Shown: one piece after another, positions 1-10,208 of the stretch
Position numbering within the stretch: position 1 is the first letter of the stretch
Layout of the letters: each line of letters opens with the position of its first letter
Source of the DNA: Candidatus Aenigmatarchaeota archaeon
GTDB taxonomy: Archaea; Aenigmatarchaeota; Aenigmatarchaeia; CG10238-14; SpSt-28
DNA length: 64,000 nt
Direction of reading: 5' to 3'
Assembly: GCA_039000725.1 (NCBI GenBank)
Contig: JAWBNO010000001.1
Span: 130,446 to 194,445, forward strand
Made by a program: the position numbers and the translations under genes
Notes under the pieces: generated by a model
The model's input: the letters and a program-made list of their open reading frames with translations, nothing else
Told to the model about the DNA's origin: nothing
Database searches by the model: none

Positions 1-686
1 TTTTGAATTTCATAAATTTTCTTACAATTTTCCTCAGCTTTTTTAATTAATTCTAAAACCTCTTCTTTGCTCAATCTTCCATCCATTTGAAGAAGAGTAA
101 TTAAACCTTTTGAAGGAAGCATAGCTATTGCCATATCCGATTCTGAATAATTGTCCTCTTTTCCATTTAAATCCACAATCAAAGTATCTCCAATTTTTCC
201 GACAGAACAAGCAGCTATTAAATCTTTCATTGGAATACCGGCAGAAGCTAGAGCTAATGATGCAGCATTAATAGCTGTTACTCTTGTGCTACCATCTGCT
301 TGAATTATATACTCATAAACATCTATAACTGTTCGAGGAAATTCTTCTAAAAAAATGGCTCCACTTAAAGCTTCCTTTGTAACTTTAGAAATCTCTATGC
401 TTCTTCTATCTGGGGCTGGATTTTTTCTTTCATCTACAGAAAAAGGTGCCATATTATAAATTGCCCTAACTATAGCTGTATCTGTTTCTTGTAAAAATTT
501 GGGAAATAAAGATCTAGGACCATAAACTGCAACTAAAGCTTCTGTATTTCCGAACTTAACTCTAGCTGAGCCATCGGCATTTTCTATTTCGCCAATTTTC
601 ATTTCTATATTTCTTAGTTGATCTGGCAACCTTCCATCAATTCTTTTACCATCAACAATAAGAGGTATTTCTGGTTTTTTTCCCAT
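1..686 (-). CDS. rrp41: Exosome complex exonuclease Rrp41 (RNase PH domain), partial; C-terminus lies beyond the window start
   Basis: Not in the ORF track because it is open at the window edge. Hand translation of the minus strand gives MGKKPEIPLIVDGKRIDGRLPDQLRNIEMKIGEIENADGSARVKFGNTEALVAVYGPR...DGSTRVTAINAASLALASAGIPM..., an RNase PH pattern. It lies directly downstream of rrp4, as in the archaeal exosome superoperon. Confidence 0.85.
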   Translation of the reverse strand, partial: MGKKPEIPLIVDGKRIDGRLPDQLRNIEMKIGEIENADGSARVKFGNTEALVAVYGPRSLFPKFLQETDTAIVRAIYNMAPFSVDERKNPAPDRRSIEISKVTKEALSGAIFLEEFPRTVIDVYEYIIQADGSTRVTAINAASLALASAGIPMKDLIAACSVGKIGDTLIVDLNGKEDNYSESDMAIAMLPSKGLITLLQMDGRLSKEEVLELIKKAEENCKKIYEIQ

Positions 687-1355
687 CTACTCACCTTCAA
701 GCATTTTGCTTATTTTTTCAGTTAATCCAACAGTATGTGCTTCTCTTTCTATAGTCAATATGGCCTTTATAGCTTTTTCTTTATTATGCCCTTTAATCCA
801 AATTAAGCCATTTTGGCCAACATATATTTCGCATTTTGTCTTATTCTTTATCAATTCTATCATACTTCCTCCCTTACCTATAACTCTCGCAACTTTAAAT
901 GGAGTTATTTTTATAGTTACTCCACCAAAAAGTTTTCTTGCAATCATATCTTTCATACTGACTTGTACTATTTTGTTTTTTGTAACTTTAGATATTCTAC
1001 AAAAAATTACATCACCTATATCGTAAAACCTACTTAAATCTACTTTTTTTAAATCTACAAACTCTTCAACGGCTTCACCTAATGGTAAAAATGCTTTATA
1101 AGGAGAATTTATATCGACCCACCATCCCGAAACCTCTATTTCATCTATAATCCCAATTACTCTGTCTCCTACCTTTGGTATATACTTTCCGGCTAATGGA
1201 ATTACTGCTATTTCTTCTTCACTTATTTTCAAGATACCTAAAACTTTAGAATATACCTTTTCTCCTTCAACATAACAATTTATTAATTTTCTTCCTTTTC
1301 TTTCATCTATATAGCTTCCAGGTAAAACTATTTCTCTTAATGTCATAACTATCAC
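687..1355 (-). CDS. rrp4: Exosome complex RNA-binding cap subunit Rrp4 (S1 + KH domains)
   Basis: 222 aa with a GTG start. S1-like segment KYIPKVGDRVIGIIDEIEVSGWWVDINSPYKAFLPL and KH-like segment RVIGKGGSMIELIKNKTKCEIYVGQNG. Sits between SBDS and rrp41. Confidence 0.85.
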   Translation of the reverse strand: MIVMTLREIVLPGSYIDERKGRKLINCYVEGEKVYSKVLGILKISEEEIAVIPLAGKYIPKVGDRVIGIIDEIEVSGWWVDINSPYKAFLPLGEAVEEFVDLKKVDLSRFYDIGDVIFCRISKVTKNKIVQVSMKDMIARKLFGGVTIKITPFKVARVIGKGGSMIELIKNKTKCEIYVGQNGLIWIKGHNKEKAIKAILTIEREAHTVGLTEKISKMLEGE

Positions 1356-2071
1356 ACATCTATTTTTTTAATTATTTTGGACTCAAAATTTCCTTTTGTT
1401 ATTTCAGCTAGCTTTCTAAAGAGCTCGTCTTGAACTCCAGAAAAAATTTCAATTTCTAAAATCAAACTACCATCCGAAGAGTAATTTTCGTTTTTTATTT
1501 CTCCTGCAGACGAAATTATAGAGTATACTCTACCAACATATTGTGCAGGTATTTTAATTTGTAGTAAAGTTTTTTGAAACTTTATTGGCAAGATTTGTTT
1601 TATAGCTTTTAAAACTTTTTCTACTTGAACTTCTGCATCTAAAAAAGGATCTATATTAACTCCAACTTGCTCCATAGCATTCAATATTCTTTGAGGTGGA
1701 TGTGGGGTGTTTGTTTGAGGATTTATTGCCCTCTTAGAAATTAAAGTTGCTATTAGATTTTTCTTCTCCTCAATCATTTCTCTCTTTTGCTCTGTTGTTA
1801 ATGAAAATTCTCCCTTCTTTATTATTTCTTCTGCTATTCTATACAAATCTGTACTTCCAAAGGCTTTTTGAAGATCTTGTTGCTGAACCACTTCTCCCTT
1901 TCGAGCGTTCTTATATATGGCTGGATAAGCTAAAACTTCATCAATATTAATCTTTTTCCCATTTTTTATTTCCCAGGCTTTTTTTGGATCAACTAATATC
2001 TCAAACGTCATTCCTTTTAAACTTAATCTAGCAACTACAGCTTTATCTACACTTATCATGGTAAAACCCAA
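1352..2071 (-). CDS. SBDS/Sdo1 family ribosome maturation protein
   Basis: 239 aa. N-terminal AVVARLSLKGMTFEILVDPKKAWEIKNGK is typical of the SBDS family. Canonical position in the exosome superoperon; overlaps rrp4 by 4 nt. Confidence 0.85.
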   Translation of the reverse strand: MGFTMISVDKAVVARLSLKGMTFEILVDPKKAWEIKNGKKINIDEVLAYPAIYKNARKGEVVQQQDLQKAFGSTDLYRIAEEIIKKGEFSLTTEQKREMIEEKKNLIATLISKRAINPQTNTPHPPQRILNAMEQVGVNIDPFLDAEVQVEKVLKAIKQILPIKFQKTLLQIKIPAQYVGRVYSIISSAGEIKNENYSSDGSLILEIEIFSGVQDELFRKLAEITKGNFESKIIKKIDV

Positions 2072-2075
2072 ATAT

Positions 2076-2789
2076 TTACTTAATCAGTTTTTCTATTTCT
2101 TCTGTAGTCAAAATTTTAAAAGTCGAGTTTTCTACTATAGCGAGATCTATTTTGTCTATACTAACTTTTTCTGTTTTTTCCAGAATATCTATAGCCAATT
2201 TGATTGCATCTTTTTTAGTAATCTTATTACTCCATTCTTCTTTTAAAATTTTTATTGCATTTTGTGCTCCTCTTCCTATAGAATGTGCATACCATTCAAA
2301 TAGCATTCCGGAAGGATCACTTTCTATTAAATGTGGGCCTGTATCGTCTTCCCCACCAAATATTATTGATACACCATAAGGTCTTAATCCACCATATTGT
2401 GTTAAGAGTTGCATTCTATCTCCAACTTCTTTAGATAGACTCCAAACGTCTATAGGCTCTTCAAAAGTTACTCTATGTGTTTGAGCCTTAACTCTAGCAA
2501 AATCTATTAAAACTCGAGCATCCGCTAAATATCCTGCTGCTACTGCTCCTATATGTGTATCTACTTTAAATATTTTCTCTATTGAAGATGGTGCCATAAG
2601 ATCATCTAGTATTTTTGCTGTAGCTAAAAGAACTCCTTTATTAAAAATCATTCCTAAGGCTGTTACTCCTCTTTTAACAGCTTCTTTTGCGTATTCTACT
2701 TGAAATAGTCTTCCATCTGGGGAAAACATAGCTATTGTTCTATCATAACCCATAGCTTCAGCAAAGGTATCTGGCATATTATCACCCAA
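2076..2789 (-). CDS. psmA: Proteasome subunit alpha
   Basis: 237 aa. The YDRTIAMFSPDGRLFQVEYA signature of alpha-type proteasome subunits is present. Confidence 0.95.
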   Translation of the reverse strand: MGDNMPDTFAEAMGYDRTIAMFSPDGRLFQVEYAKEAVKRGVTALGMIFNKGVLLATAKILDDLMAPSSIEKIFKVDTHIGAVAAGYLADARVLIDFARVKAQTHRVTFEEPIDVWSLSKEVGDRMQLLTQYGGLRPYGVSIIFGGEDDTGPHLIESDPSGMLFEWYAHSIGRGAQNAIKILKEEWSNKITKKDAIKLAIDILEKTEKVSIDKIDLAIVENSTFKILTTEEIEKLIK

Positions 2790-2792
2790 ATC

Positions 2793-3158
2793 TCAATTTT
2801 TTAATTCTTTTCTATCTTTAAATTTTTCTATTAAAGTTTTAATTGTACCCGAAACTTTATAAATTTTTATATTAACTCTACTGTCTCCAATCCTAGAAAT
2901 TAAACCAAGCCCAACTATAGATTTGTATTTTCCCCTATTACTTATCCTTAATATACCTATTTGTTCTTCATCATCCCATAAATTTTCTAGAAATTTTGCA
3001 TTTATTTGGGCTAAACCTTTTTCTCCAAACATATTTAAAATAGAGTTAAAAAAGGCTTCTTTTATTTGTTCTAAATTTACTTTTTCTTCAGAAATAACTT
3101 TAAATAAGATATATCTCTTTTTTTCTCTTAAACTTGGTAATAAAGGTTTTAATCTCAT
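2793..3158 (-). CDS. rnp2: RNase P protein component 2 (Pop5/Rpp14 family)
   Basis: 121 aa. The N-terminus LPSLREKKRYILFKV matches the Pop5 pattern. Located upstream of psmA, as in the conserved superoperon. Confidence 0.7.
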   Translation of the reverse strand: MRLKPLLPSLREKKRYILFKVISEEKVNLEQIKEAFFNSILNMFGEKGLAQINAKFLENLWDDEEQIGILRISNRGKYKSIVGLGLISRIGDSRVNIKIYKVSGTIKTLIEKFKDRKELKN

Positions 3159-4022
3159 TTAAGATTTTGTACCAATAAGATTAATCTCTTTTATATATTC
3201 TGCCGCTTGCTCATTTGCAAATTCTAAACATTCTCTTAAATCGTATCCAAAATAATAATGATGCAAAAAGCTAGCATTAAAAACATCCCCAGCACCAGTT
3301 GTATTTAAAACTTTTTCAATTTTTACTCCTTCTACCTCTACCCTCTCTCCATTTTCTATTGCAAAAGCTCCTTTACTACCTCTCTTAATTACTATAGTTC
3401 TATTTTTAAACCAATCTAAATTTTTGCTTACCTTTTTACATTCTTCTTCATTCATAAACAAAACATCAACTTTTTTTACTAATTCAAAAAATTCTTCTTT
3501 ATTAAAATTTATATTTGCCTTTATGTCTGGATCTAAACATACAATCATTCCTTTTTCTTTAGCCCTATTCGCTAAAGTAATAAAATCCTTTCTAAGATTA
3601 TCAAGCAAATTGTATCCGGAAAGATAAAGTACCTCTCCTTCTAATAAATTTAAAGGTATGTGTTTAATAGAAAATAGAGTGTTGCTTCCTCTATAAGTTA
3701 ATAATTGCTTTCTTCCATTTTCTAGCTCATATGCCAATGTTATTCCAGTATTAGTGTTTTCTATTGCTATCTTTGTTTCTATACCAAATCTTTTTAACTC
3801 ATTAATTATAAAATTAGAAAAAATATCTTTTCCTAAACATCCAATAAGTCTTACTTTCATTTTTAGTTTGGACGCCCATATCGAAAAATTTGCTGCACCT
3901 CCACCTACTTTAATTATAATGTTATTAACAAACTCTTGTTCGTTTTTCGCATCTTTGGAAAAAACTTTACCTAAAATTAGTAAGTCTATATTTACATCTC
4001 CAATAGAAGTTATATCAACCAT
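3159..4022 (-). CDS. PfkB-family carbohydrate kinase (ribokinase-like)
   Basis: 287 aa. Contains GGGAANF and the C-terminal PfkB signature TTGAGDVFNASF. Confidence 0.8.
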   Translation of the reverse strand: MVDITSIGDVNIDLLILGKVFSKDAKNEQEFVNNIIIKVGGGAANFSIWASKLKMKVRLIGCLGKDIFSNFIINELKRFGIETKIAIENTNTGITLAYELENGRKQLLTYRGSNTLFSIKHIPLNLLEGEVLYLSGYNLLDNLRKDFITLANRAKEKGMIVCLDPDIKANINFNKEEFFELVKKVDVLFMNEEECKKVSKNLDWFKNRTIVIKRGSKGAFAIENGERVEVEGVKIEKVLNTTGAGDVFNASFLHHYYFGYDLRECLEFANEQAAEYIKEINLIGTKS

Positions 4023-4051
4023 ATTTTTTATTTAAGTCTTAGAATAATATT

Positions 4052-4798
4052 ATGAAAGTTATTATTCTTGCTGGCGGTTTTGGTCAAAGATTAAAACCAA
4101 TAAGTGAGTTCTTACCAAAAACTTTGTTACCAGTTAATGGTAAACCTCTTTTAGATTATATAATCTATAAGATAGAAGAAATAGAAGATATAGATGAAAT
4201 AATAATATCCACAAACAAGTATTTTGAAAATCACTTTAATTACTGGATAGAAAAATACAACGGAAATAAAAAAATCTTGCTTGTAGTTGAGCCTTCCCTT
4301 AAAGAAGAAGAAAAATTGGGTGCCATAGGTGGTTTAAATTATGCTTTGAAGACTTTAAATATTGAAGATGATATACTTGTAATTGCAAGTGACAACTTTT
4401 TAGATGTTAACCTTAAAGATATGGTCTATCTATTCAAAAAAGAAAGAAAGATTATAATTGGTGTTTATGAAATTATTAAAGATGATCCTTCTAGATTTGG
4501 AATAGTATTAATGCAAAACAATGTCATCATAGATTTTCAAGAAAAACCCAAGGAACCTAAAAGTAGATTAGTTTCAACTGGATGTTACATAATACCTAAG
4601 GAAAAAATTAAACTCATAGAAGATTATATAAACTCAAAAATGAATCCAGATGCATTGGGTTATTTCTTTGAGTGGATAGTAAAGAAAGAAACTGTTTTAG
4701 GTTTTAAATTCGATGGAATTTGGTTTGATATTGGAACTGTAGATGCGTATAAAGAGTTAGATAGATTAGTTAGAGGTGGTTTTATTAAGCATATTTAA
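4052..4798 (+). CDS. Sugar-1-phosphate nucleotidyltransferase (NDP-glucose pyrophosphorylase-like)
   Basis: 248 aa. The N-terminal KVIILAGGFGQRLKPISEFLPKTLLPVNGKPLLDY is the nucleotidyltransferase G-rich loop. Confidence 0.8.
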   Translation: MKVIILAGGFGQRLKPISEFLPKTLLPVNGKPLLDYIIYKIEEIEDIDEIIISTNKYFENHFNYWIEKYNGNKKILLVVEPSLKEEEKLGAIGGLNYALKTLNIEDDILVIASDNFLDVNLKDMVYLFKKERKIIIGVYEIIKDDPSRFGIVLMQNNVIIDFQEKPKEPKSRLVSTGCYIIPKEKIKLIEDYINSKMNPDALGYFFEWIVKKETVLGFKFDGIWFDIGTVDAYKELDRLVRGGFIKHI

Positions 4799-6116
4799 GC
4801 AATACGATATTAGAGGTGTTTATCCAAAAGAAATAAATGAAAAAATTTTTTACAAGTTAGCTAAAGCTTGTAGTAAATATTTTGAAGGTAAAACCGCTTT
4901 AATTGGTTGTGATGGTAGATTGTCTAGCCTAAATTTAAAAAATAGTGTCATTCAAGCTCTTCTAGATGATGGTATAGAAGTTTATGATGTAGGTCTTGTT
5001 TCTACTTCAACTTTCAATTTTTTAATTTCTCTTAAGAAATTTGACTTTGGTATTCAAATAACAGCATCCCACAATCCAAAGGATTATAATGGCATGAAAA
5101 TTTATGATAATAATGGAAACTCTATAGGTTTGGGGTTTGGCTTAGAAAAAATTAAAGAAATATTCGAAAATGAAAAATTTAATAGAAACAAAATTGGTGG
5201 AAAACTTGTCAATGGCGATTTTCTAAAAAAGCTTCACATAGATTTTTTAATCAAAAAGGCTGTTAAAAGTGATGTTAAATTTGCTTTAGATTTTTCAAAT
5301 GGAGTTGGTAGCATAGTACTTAAAGAAGTTTTAAATAATAACTACAATTTTATTTCAATAAATGAAAAAATTGATGGTAATTTTCCTTCCCATTCTCCAG
5401 AACCAAGTGAAGAAAGTTTATCAGAACTTAGAAATATAGTCAAAATTAAAAATTTGGATTTTGGAGCATGTTTTGATGGAGATGCTGATAGAATAGTTTT
5501 TGTCGATGATAAAGGAAATGTTATTAGAGGTGATCAAATCCTATATCTATTTTCTTATCATTTAAATGCTAAAAAAATAGTTTGTGAAGTTTCTTTTCCT
5601 CCCAAATTTTCAAAATTTTTAAAATCTTTAGGAAAGGAAATATACGAAACCAAAGTTGGTAGAACATTCATAATAAATAAAATGAGAGAAGTTGATGCTG
5701 ATGTTGGTGGAGAAATATCATCCCATTTTTATTTTAAAGAAACAAACTTTATGGAAGATGCCTTCTATTCTTTACTCATTTTAATTAGCATTTTAGAAAA
5801 AGAAAAGAAAAAACTTAGCGAGGTTTTAAAAGATTATACCTTGGGTAAATTTATTAATTATAAAATTGAAGTTGATGAAGATAAAAAATATACAATAATC
5901 GAAAAACTTAAAGACAATTTTAGAAAAGATTATGAAGTTTTAGAAATTGATGGTATTAAAGTCATAATTTCTGATGAAGATTGGTTTCTAATAAGAGCTT
6001 CTAATACTGAGCCTGTAATAAGAATTTATATTGAATCTTTAGAGGAGAAAAAAATTGAAGAATATAGAAAAATAATTGACAACTATATAAAAAGCTTCGC
6101 ATCTAATTTAAAGTAA
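4776..6116 (+). CDS. Phosphoglucomutase/phosphomannomutase
   Basis: 446 aa. Has FKQYDIRG at the N-terminus, the active-site loop TASHNP and the metal site DGDADR. The only available start is a GTG that overlaps the upstream gene by 23 nt. Confidence 0.85.
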   Translation: MVLLSIFKQYDIRGVYPKEINEKIFYKLAKACSKYFEGKTALIGCDGRLSSLNLKNSVIQALLDDGIEVYDVGLVSTSTFNFLISLKKFDFGIQITASHNPKDYNGMKIYDNNGNSIGLGFGLEKIKEIFENEKFNRNKIGGKLVNGDFLKKLHIDFLIKKAVKSDVKFALDFSNGVGSIVLKEVLNNNYNFISINEKIDGNFPSHSPEPSEESLSELRNIVKIKNLDFGACFDGDADRIVFVDDKGNVIRGDQILYLFSYHLNAKKIVCEVSFPPKFSKFLKSLGKEIYETKVGRTFIINKMREVDADVGGEISSHFYFKETNFMEDAFYSLLILISILEKEKKKLSEVLKDYTLGKFINYKIEVDEDKKYTIIEKLKDNFRKDYEVLEIDGIKVIISDEDWFLIRASNTEPVIRIYIESLEEKKIEEYRKIIDNYIKSFASNLK

Positions 6117-6133
6117 AAAAATATACCAAATTA

Positions 6134-7618
6134 ATGGAAGAAATTAAAGATAGAAAAATCCTTTTTGTAACTCCTGAACTAAAAACATTCAAATCTAGAG
6201 CTGGAGGATTAGGACAAGTAGCTGAAGAGTTGGTTAAGGCTTTTGGTGAACTAAATTTAAATTTGCATGTGGTGTCTTGCTTGTATAAATATACAATAAT
6301 AGATAGCTACAAGAAAGAAAACGACTTCAGCGATTTAAATCTAGAAGTTATTGATAGAATAAAAATAAAAATTGATAAAGAGTATGAAGCAACTATATAC
6401 AAAACTAAAAAATATGGGATTAACTTTTACTTTTTATATAATGATGAATTGACAGAAGGATTGTATATTGGAGATTTATTAAAATTTGCTATATTTCTAG
6501 GTAAAGGAACTGTTGAAATCATGAAAAAAATTAATTTGATTCCTGATATTATTCACTTACATGATGCCTTAACTTCTTTGGTTCTTTTCTATTCTAAGTA
6601 TGATCCATCTTATTCTGAGTTTAAAAAATGTAAATTTGTGTTTACAATACATAATGCTGGATACGCTTACCAACAAATTTATCCTGTAGATAGAATAAAT
6701 CTAATAAATCTTCCTCCATTTGAATTAAAAAAGCTAATATGGAATGGTAACATAAATTTACTTTATGGAGGAGTAGAAAATAGCGATTTAGTTAATACTG
6801 TTAGTGAAGATTATGCTATAAATTTAAAGGTTAATGGAGAAGGACTTAAAGACGTTTTTGAAAGAAAGAACGTTTTTGGTATAATAAATGGAATTGATAT
6901 AGATTATTGGAGAGACCCTTACTATAAAAATGCTACAAAAGAAAACATACTTAATTTGAAACTTGATAAGAAAATGGAACTAATAAATGAAATAAAGATT
7001 AGAACCGGAAAGAAACTTGATATAAATAAAATAATTGCTATTATGCCAAGAAGATTAAGTAGCCAAAAAGGTTTTGACACATTAATGCCAATTATGGAAA
7101 AACTTCATAATGATTTAGGAATTCAATTTATTGTTCTTGGTGTTGCCCATCCAAATGATGAAATTGGACACCAATGGGCAAATTACTTTTACGAACTTCA
7201 CAATAAGTTACCTGGCTTTGTATTTATTTATTCTTTTGACGAAAATCTAGCAAAACTTATGTATGCAGGAGCAGATATAATACTATATCCATCTTTACCA
7301 AATAAAGAACCATGTGGAACTGGATATATGATGGCTCTAGTAAATGGTACTCCAGTTGTAGGAACAAAAACTGGTGGATTAGCTGAAGTTATAAAAGAGT
7401 TTGATGAAACAACTCTAGAAGGAAATGGTTTCTTAATTTGGAAAGAAGAATATTCTACAGAAACGTTTTTAAGAAAAATTGAAAAAGCGAGAAAGATATT
7501 TGAAGATAGAGAAAAATGGAAATCTTTAGTTTGGAATGCATTTAAAACTGAGGTTGATATAAAGAGTTGTGCTATTGAATATATTAAAAGAGTTTATTTA
7601 CCTGTACTAAAAATTTAA
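6134..7618 (+). CDS. Glycogen/starch synthase-like glycosyltransferase (GT-B fold)
   Basis: 494 aa. N-terminal AGGLGQVAEEL and C-terminal EPCGTGYMMALVNGTPVVGTKTGGLAEVI (E-x7-E-type retaining GT motif). Confidence 0.7.
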   Translation: MEEIKDRKILFVTPELKTFKSRAGGLGQVAEELVKAFGELNLNLHVVSCLYKYTIIDSYKKENDFSDLNLEVIDRIKIKIDKEYEATIYKTKKYGINFYFLYNDELTEGLYIGDLLKFAIFLGKGTVEIMKKINLIPDIIHLHDALTSLVLFYSKYDPSYSEFKKCKFVFTIHNAGYAYQQIYPVDRINLINLPPFELKKLIWNGNINLLYGGVENSDLVNTVSEDYAINLKVNGEGLKDVFERKNVFGIINGIDIDYWRDPYYKNATKENILNLKLDKKMELINEIKIRTGKKLDINKIIAIMPRRLSSQKGFDTLMPIMEKLHNDLGIQFIVLGVAHPNDEIGHQWANYFYELHNKLPGFVFIYSFDENLAKLMYAGADIILYPSLPNKEPCGTGYMMALVNGTPVVGTKTGGLAEVIKEFDETTLEGNGFLIWKEEYSTETFLRKIEKARKIFEDREKWKSLVWNAFKTEVDIKSCAIEYIKRVYLPVLKI

Positions 7619-7619
7619 A

Positions 7620-8855
7620 ATGAAAATAGCGTTTTTTTGTTGGGAATTTTGGCCTAGATTAGTTGGTGGATTAGGGACTTATGCAATCGAAATCACAAAA
7701 AAGTTTGTTGAAATGGGAAACGAAGTTGTTGTTTTTACATTAAACGATGGAAACTATCCTACAAAAGATTATTGGAATAATGTAGAAATTCATAGACCAT
7801 TGATATTAGACAGTAGTGATACTTTTCCACTATTTGTCAAAGAAGATCTAAAAAGATGGGGGCATCATCTTAGATTTTTTTCAGATATCTATTCATATAA
7901 TTATCTCTCTGCTTCAAAACTTTTAAACCAAATAATAAAAAAAGAAGGTAGAAAATTTGATATAATTTCTTTTCATGATTGGCTATCTTCTTTTGCTGGC
8001 ATAATGCTTAAGAAAAACTCTAATTTACCAGCGGTTTTTCATATTCATTCTTTAGAAGAACAAAGAAATATGGGTGGTGGCTCAGATACAATTAAAGAAA
8101 TAGAAAGAGAAGCTGCCAAGGTCGCAGATAAAATAATAACTGTTTCATATTCAATGAAAGATTTTCTTATAAATGTTGGATATCCTAAAGAAAAGATAAA
8201 TGTTGTTTATAATGGAATAGATACAGAAAAATATAATCCCAAAAATGTAAATTGGTCTTTGGTAGAGAATCTAAAGAAAAAATATAATATAAATAATGAG
8301 AAAGTTGTTTTTTTCATAGGAAGATTAACTTGGATAAAAGGAATATTTAATTTAATAAAAGCTATTCCTATTGTTATTGAAAAACACAAAGATGTAAAGT
8401 TTATAATTTTGGGTAAAGGTGAAAATTATTTGGATTTAATTCATTTAGCACAATCTTTAAACATTAGTAAATATTTGGAAATTAGATCAGAATGGGTTAG
8501 TGAAGAAGAAAGAATAGCTCATTATGCCTTAGCTGACGTTTGTGTTTTTCCGAGTATAAGTGAACCGTTTGGTATAGTTAGTATAGAAGCTATGGCTATG
8601 GAAAGACCAGTTATTGTTGGTGCTAGAGGTGTTTCTGGATTAAGAGAGCAAGTAATTCCTGATGGTGAAAATAAATGTGGATTACATATAAATGGTGAAG
8701 ATCCGAACGATATTGCTTGGGGAATAAATGTGGTTCTAGATAATATAGAAGAGGCTAAAAAATGGGGTAAAAATGGAAGAAAAAGGGTAATAGAAAATTT
8801 TACAATAGAAAAGACTGCAAAAGAAACTTTAAAAATTTATGAATCTTTGCTATAA
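7620..8855 (+). CDS. GT4-type glycosyltransferase, glycogen-synthase-like
   Basis: 411 aa. Contains KIAFFCWEFWPRLVGGLGTY and SEPFGIVSIEAMAMERPVIVGARGVSGLRE. Starts 2 nt after the preceding GT. Confidence 0.7.
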   Translation: MKIAFFCWEFWPRLVGGLGTYAIEITKKFVEMGNEVVVFTLNDGNYPTKDYWNNVEIHRPLILDSSDTFPLFVKEDLKRWGHHLRFFSDIYSYNYLSASKLLNQIIKKEGRKFDIISFHDWLSSFAGIMLKKNSNLPAVFHIHSLEEQRNMGGGSDTIKEIEREAAKVADKIITVSYSMKDFLINVGYPKEKINVVYNGIDTEKYNPKNVNWSLVENLKKKYNINNEKVVFFIGRLTWIKGIFNLIKAIPIVIEKHKDVKFIILGKGENYLDLIHLAQSLNISKYLEIRSEWVSEEERIAHYALADVCVFPSISEPFGIVSIEAMAMERPVIVGARGVSGLREQVIPDGENKCGLHINGEDPNDIAWGINVVLDNIEEAKKWGKNGRKRVIENFTIEKTAKETLKIYESLL

Positions 8856-8882
8856 ATTTATTTTCAAAATTCAAGAAAAACT

Positions 8883-9656
8883 ATGATAATAGGTATTGTT
8901 TCTGGTAAGGGAGGGGTTGGCAAAACAACTATTGCCTCCAATTTAAGCTATTATCTTTCTCTTTTTGGAAAAAGAGTAACTCTAATAGATTGTAATATAA
9001 CAACTTCCCACTTAAATTTTAACTTCGGTTTATTTACTCCATATAACAATTTAAATGATGTTTTAAGAGGAGATAAAGAGTTGAGTGAAGTTATATATAA
9101 ATATGGAAACTTAAGCATAATTCCTGCTTCTTTACGTTTAGAAGACTTAAGTTATGTAAATTTACTAGAATTAAAAAACTTGGTAAAAAAGATAGATTCA
9201 GATTATGTAATTTTAGATTCTGCACCAGGATTTGGAAAAGAAGCAATTTCAGTTTTAAACTCAGTAGATACAGTTATTTTTGTAACTTTACCTTTTTTGA
9301 ACTCTGTTGTAGATATAATAAGAGCAAAAAAGATCTTAGAAGAGCTGCATATCTTTCCACTTGGAATAATAGTAAATATGGTAAAAGGTAAAAACTACGA
9401 ACTAAAAAAGGGAGAAATAGAAACTATAACAAAAATAAAAGTTTTGGGAGAAATACCTTATGATGAAAATGTAGAAATGTCTCTTTCTTTAGGAAAACCA
9501 TTTATTGAATTATATCCTAATTCTCCTGCAAGTCTTTCATTAAAGAGAATATGCAACTATATTTTTGGCACACCAGTTGAAGAAAAAAGAATTAGTTTTC
9601 TAGAAAAATTTTATGAAAAATTTAAGAGCATATCTAACAAATTTAAAGTTATCTAG
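8883..9656 (+). CDS. MinD/ParA-family P-loop ATPase
   Basis: 257 aa. Deviant Walker A motif GKGGVGKTT at the N-terminus. Confidence 0.8.
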   Translation: MIIGIVSGKGGVGKTTIASNLSYYLSLFGKRVTLIDCNITTSHLNFNFGLFTPYNNLNDVLRGDKELSEVIYKYGNLSIIPASLRLEDLSYVNLLELKNLVKKIDSDYVILDSAPGFGKEAISVLNSVDTVIFVTLPFLNSVVDIIRAKKILEELHIFPLGIIVNMVKGKNYELKKGEIETITKIKVLGEIPYDENVEMSLSLGKPFIELYPNSPASLSLKRICNYIFGTPVEEKRISFLEKFYEKFKSISNKFKVI

Positions 9657-10203
9657 AAACAAAAAAATTGTTTTTGGCGAAAAATCTTAAGTTCTTTTTT
9701 AAATCCTTTCTAACTCCTATTCTTTTAGAAGTTCCGATTTCATAATCAATCCCTCTATCTTCAATCCAAATATTACTTTCTTGTCCAAGAAATTTCCCAT
9801 TTAAAGATTTATCAATTCTCAATGTTTTTGTTAATCTTCCTGGACCACTAAACATTTTTTTTAATTCTTTATTATCAAGTTCTCTTACAATACTACCAAT
9901 TGGTTCTATTGCCCTAATCAAAACTGCTCCGATTTCGTTTTTTTCATGAGCTACTATATTAAACATCCAATACATATGAACATTGTATATGAAAATTTTA
10001 CCCGGCTCTTCCCACATTACTTTGTTATAATTTTTAATGCCGTTATAGGCTCTAGATGCTGGATCTTTAAGTCCAAAATATGCCTCAGTTTCAACTATTA
10101 TTCCTTCTATAAAATTATCATCTATTTTTCTAACCAATACCTTACCAATAAGCTCTTTAGCAACTAAATCCGTTTTTCTTTCAAAGAATTTTAATTCAAT
10201 CAT
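9649..10203 (-). CDS. DNA-3-methyladenine glycosylase (MPG/AAG family)
   Basis: 184 aa. Contains LAKELIGKVLVRK, GIIVETEAYFG and DPASRAYNG, which match the MPG family pattern. Confidence 0.85.
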   Translation of the reverse strand: MIELKFFERKTDLVAKELIGKVLVRKIDDNFIEGIIVETEAYFGLKDPASRAYNGIKNYNKVMWEEPGKIFIYNVHMYWMFNIVAHEKNEIGAVLIRAIEPIGSIVRELDNKELKKMFSGPGRLTKTLRIDKSLNGKFLGQESNIWIEDRGIDYEIGTSKRIGVRKDLKKNLRFFAKNNFFVSR

Positions 10204-10208
10204 AAATT

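Noticed and set aside
706-1037. Plus-strand ORFs 706-1026 and 813-1037 from the track
   Set aside because: They lie entirely antisense to rrp4. Their translations are low-complexity F/L/S/I-rich strings, the mirror image of a K/E-rich gene in AT-rich DNA. No motifs.
1747-4035. Track ORFs 1747-1950, 2058-2246, 2152-2379, 2923-3162, 3424-3627 and 3754-4035 (all plus strand)
   Set aside because: They are shadow ORFs antisense to well-supported genes (SBDS, psmA, pop5, PfkB kinase). Their composition is typical of antisense frames.
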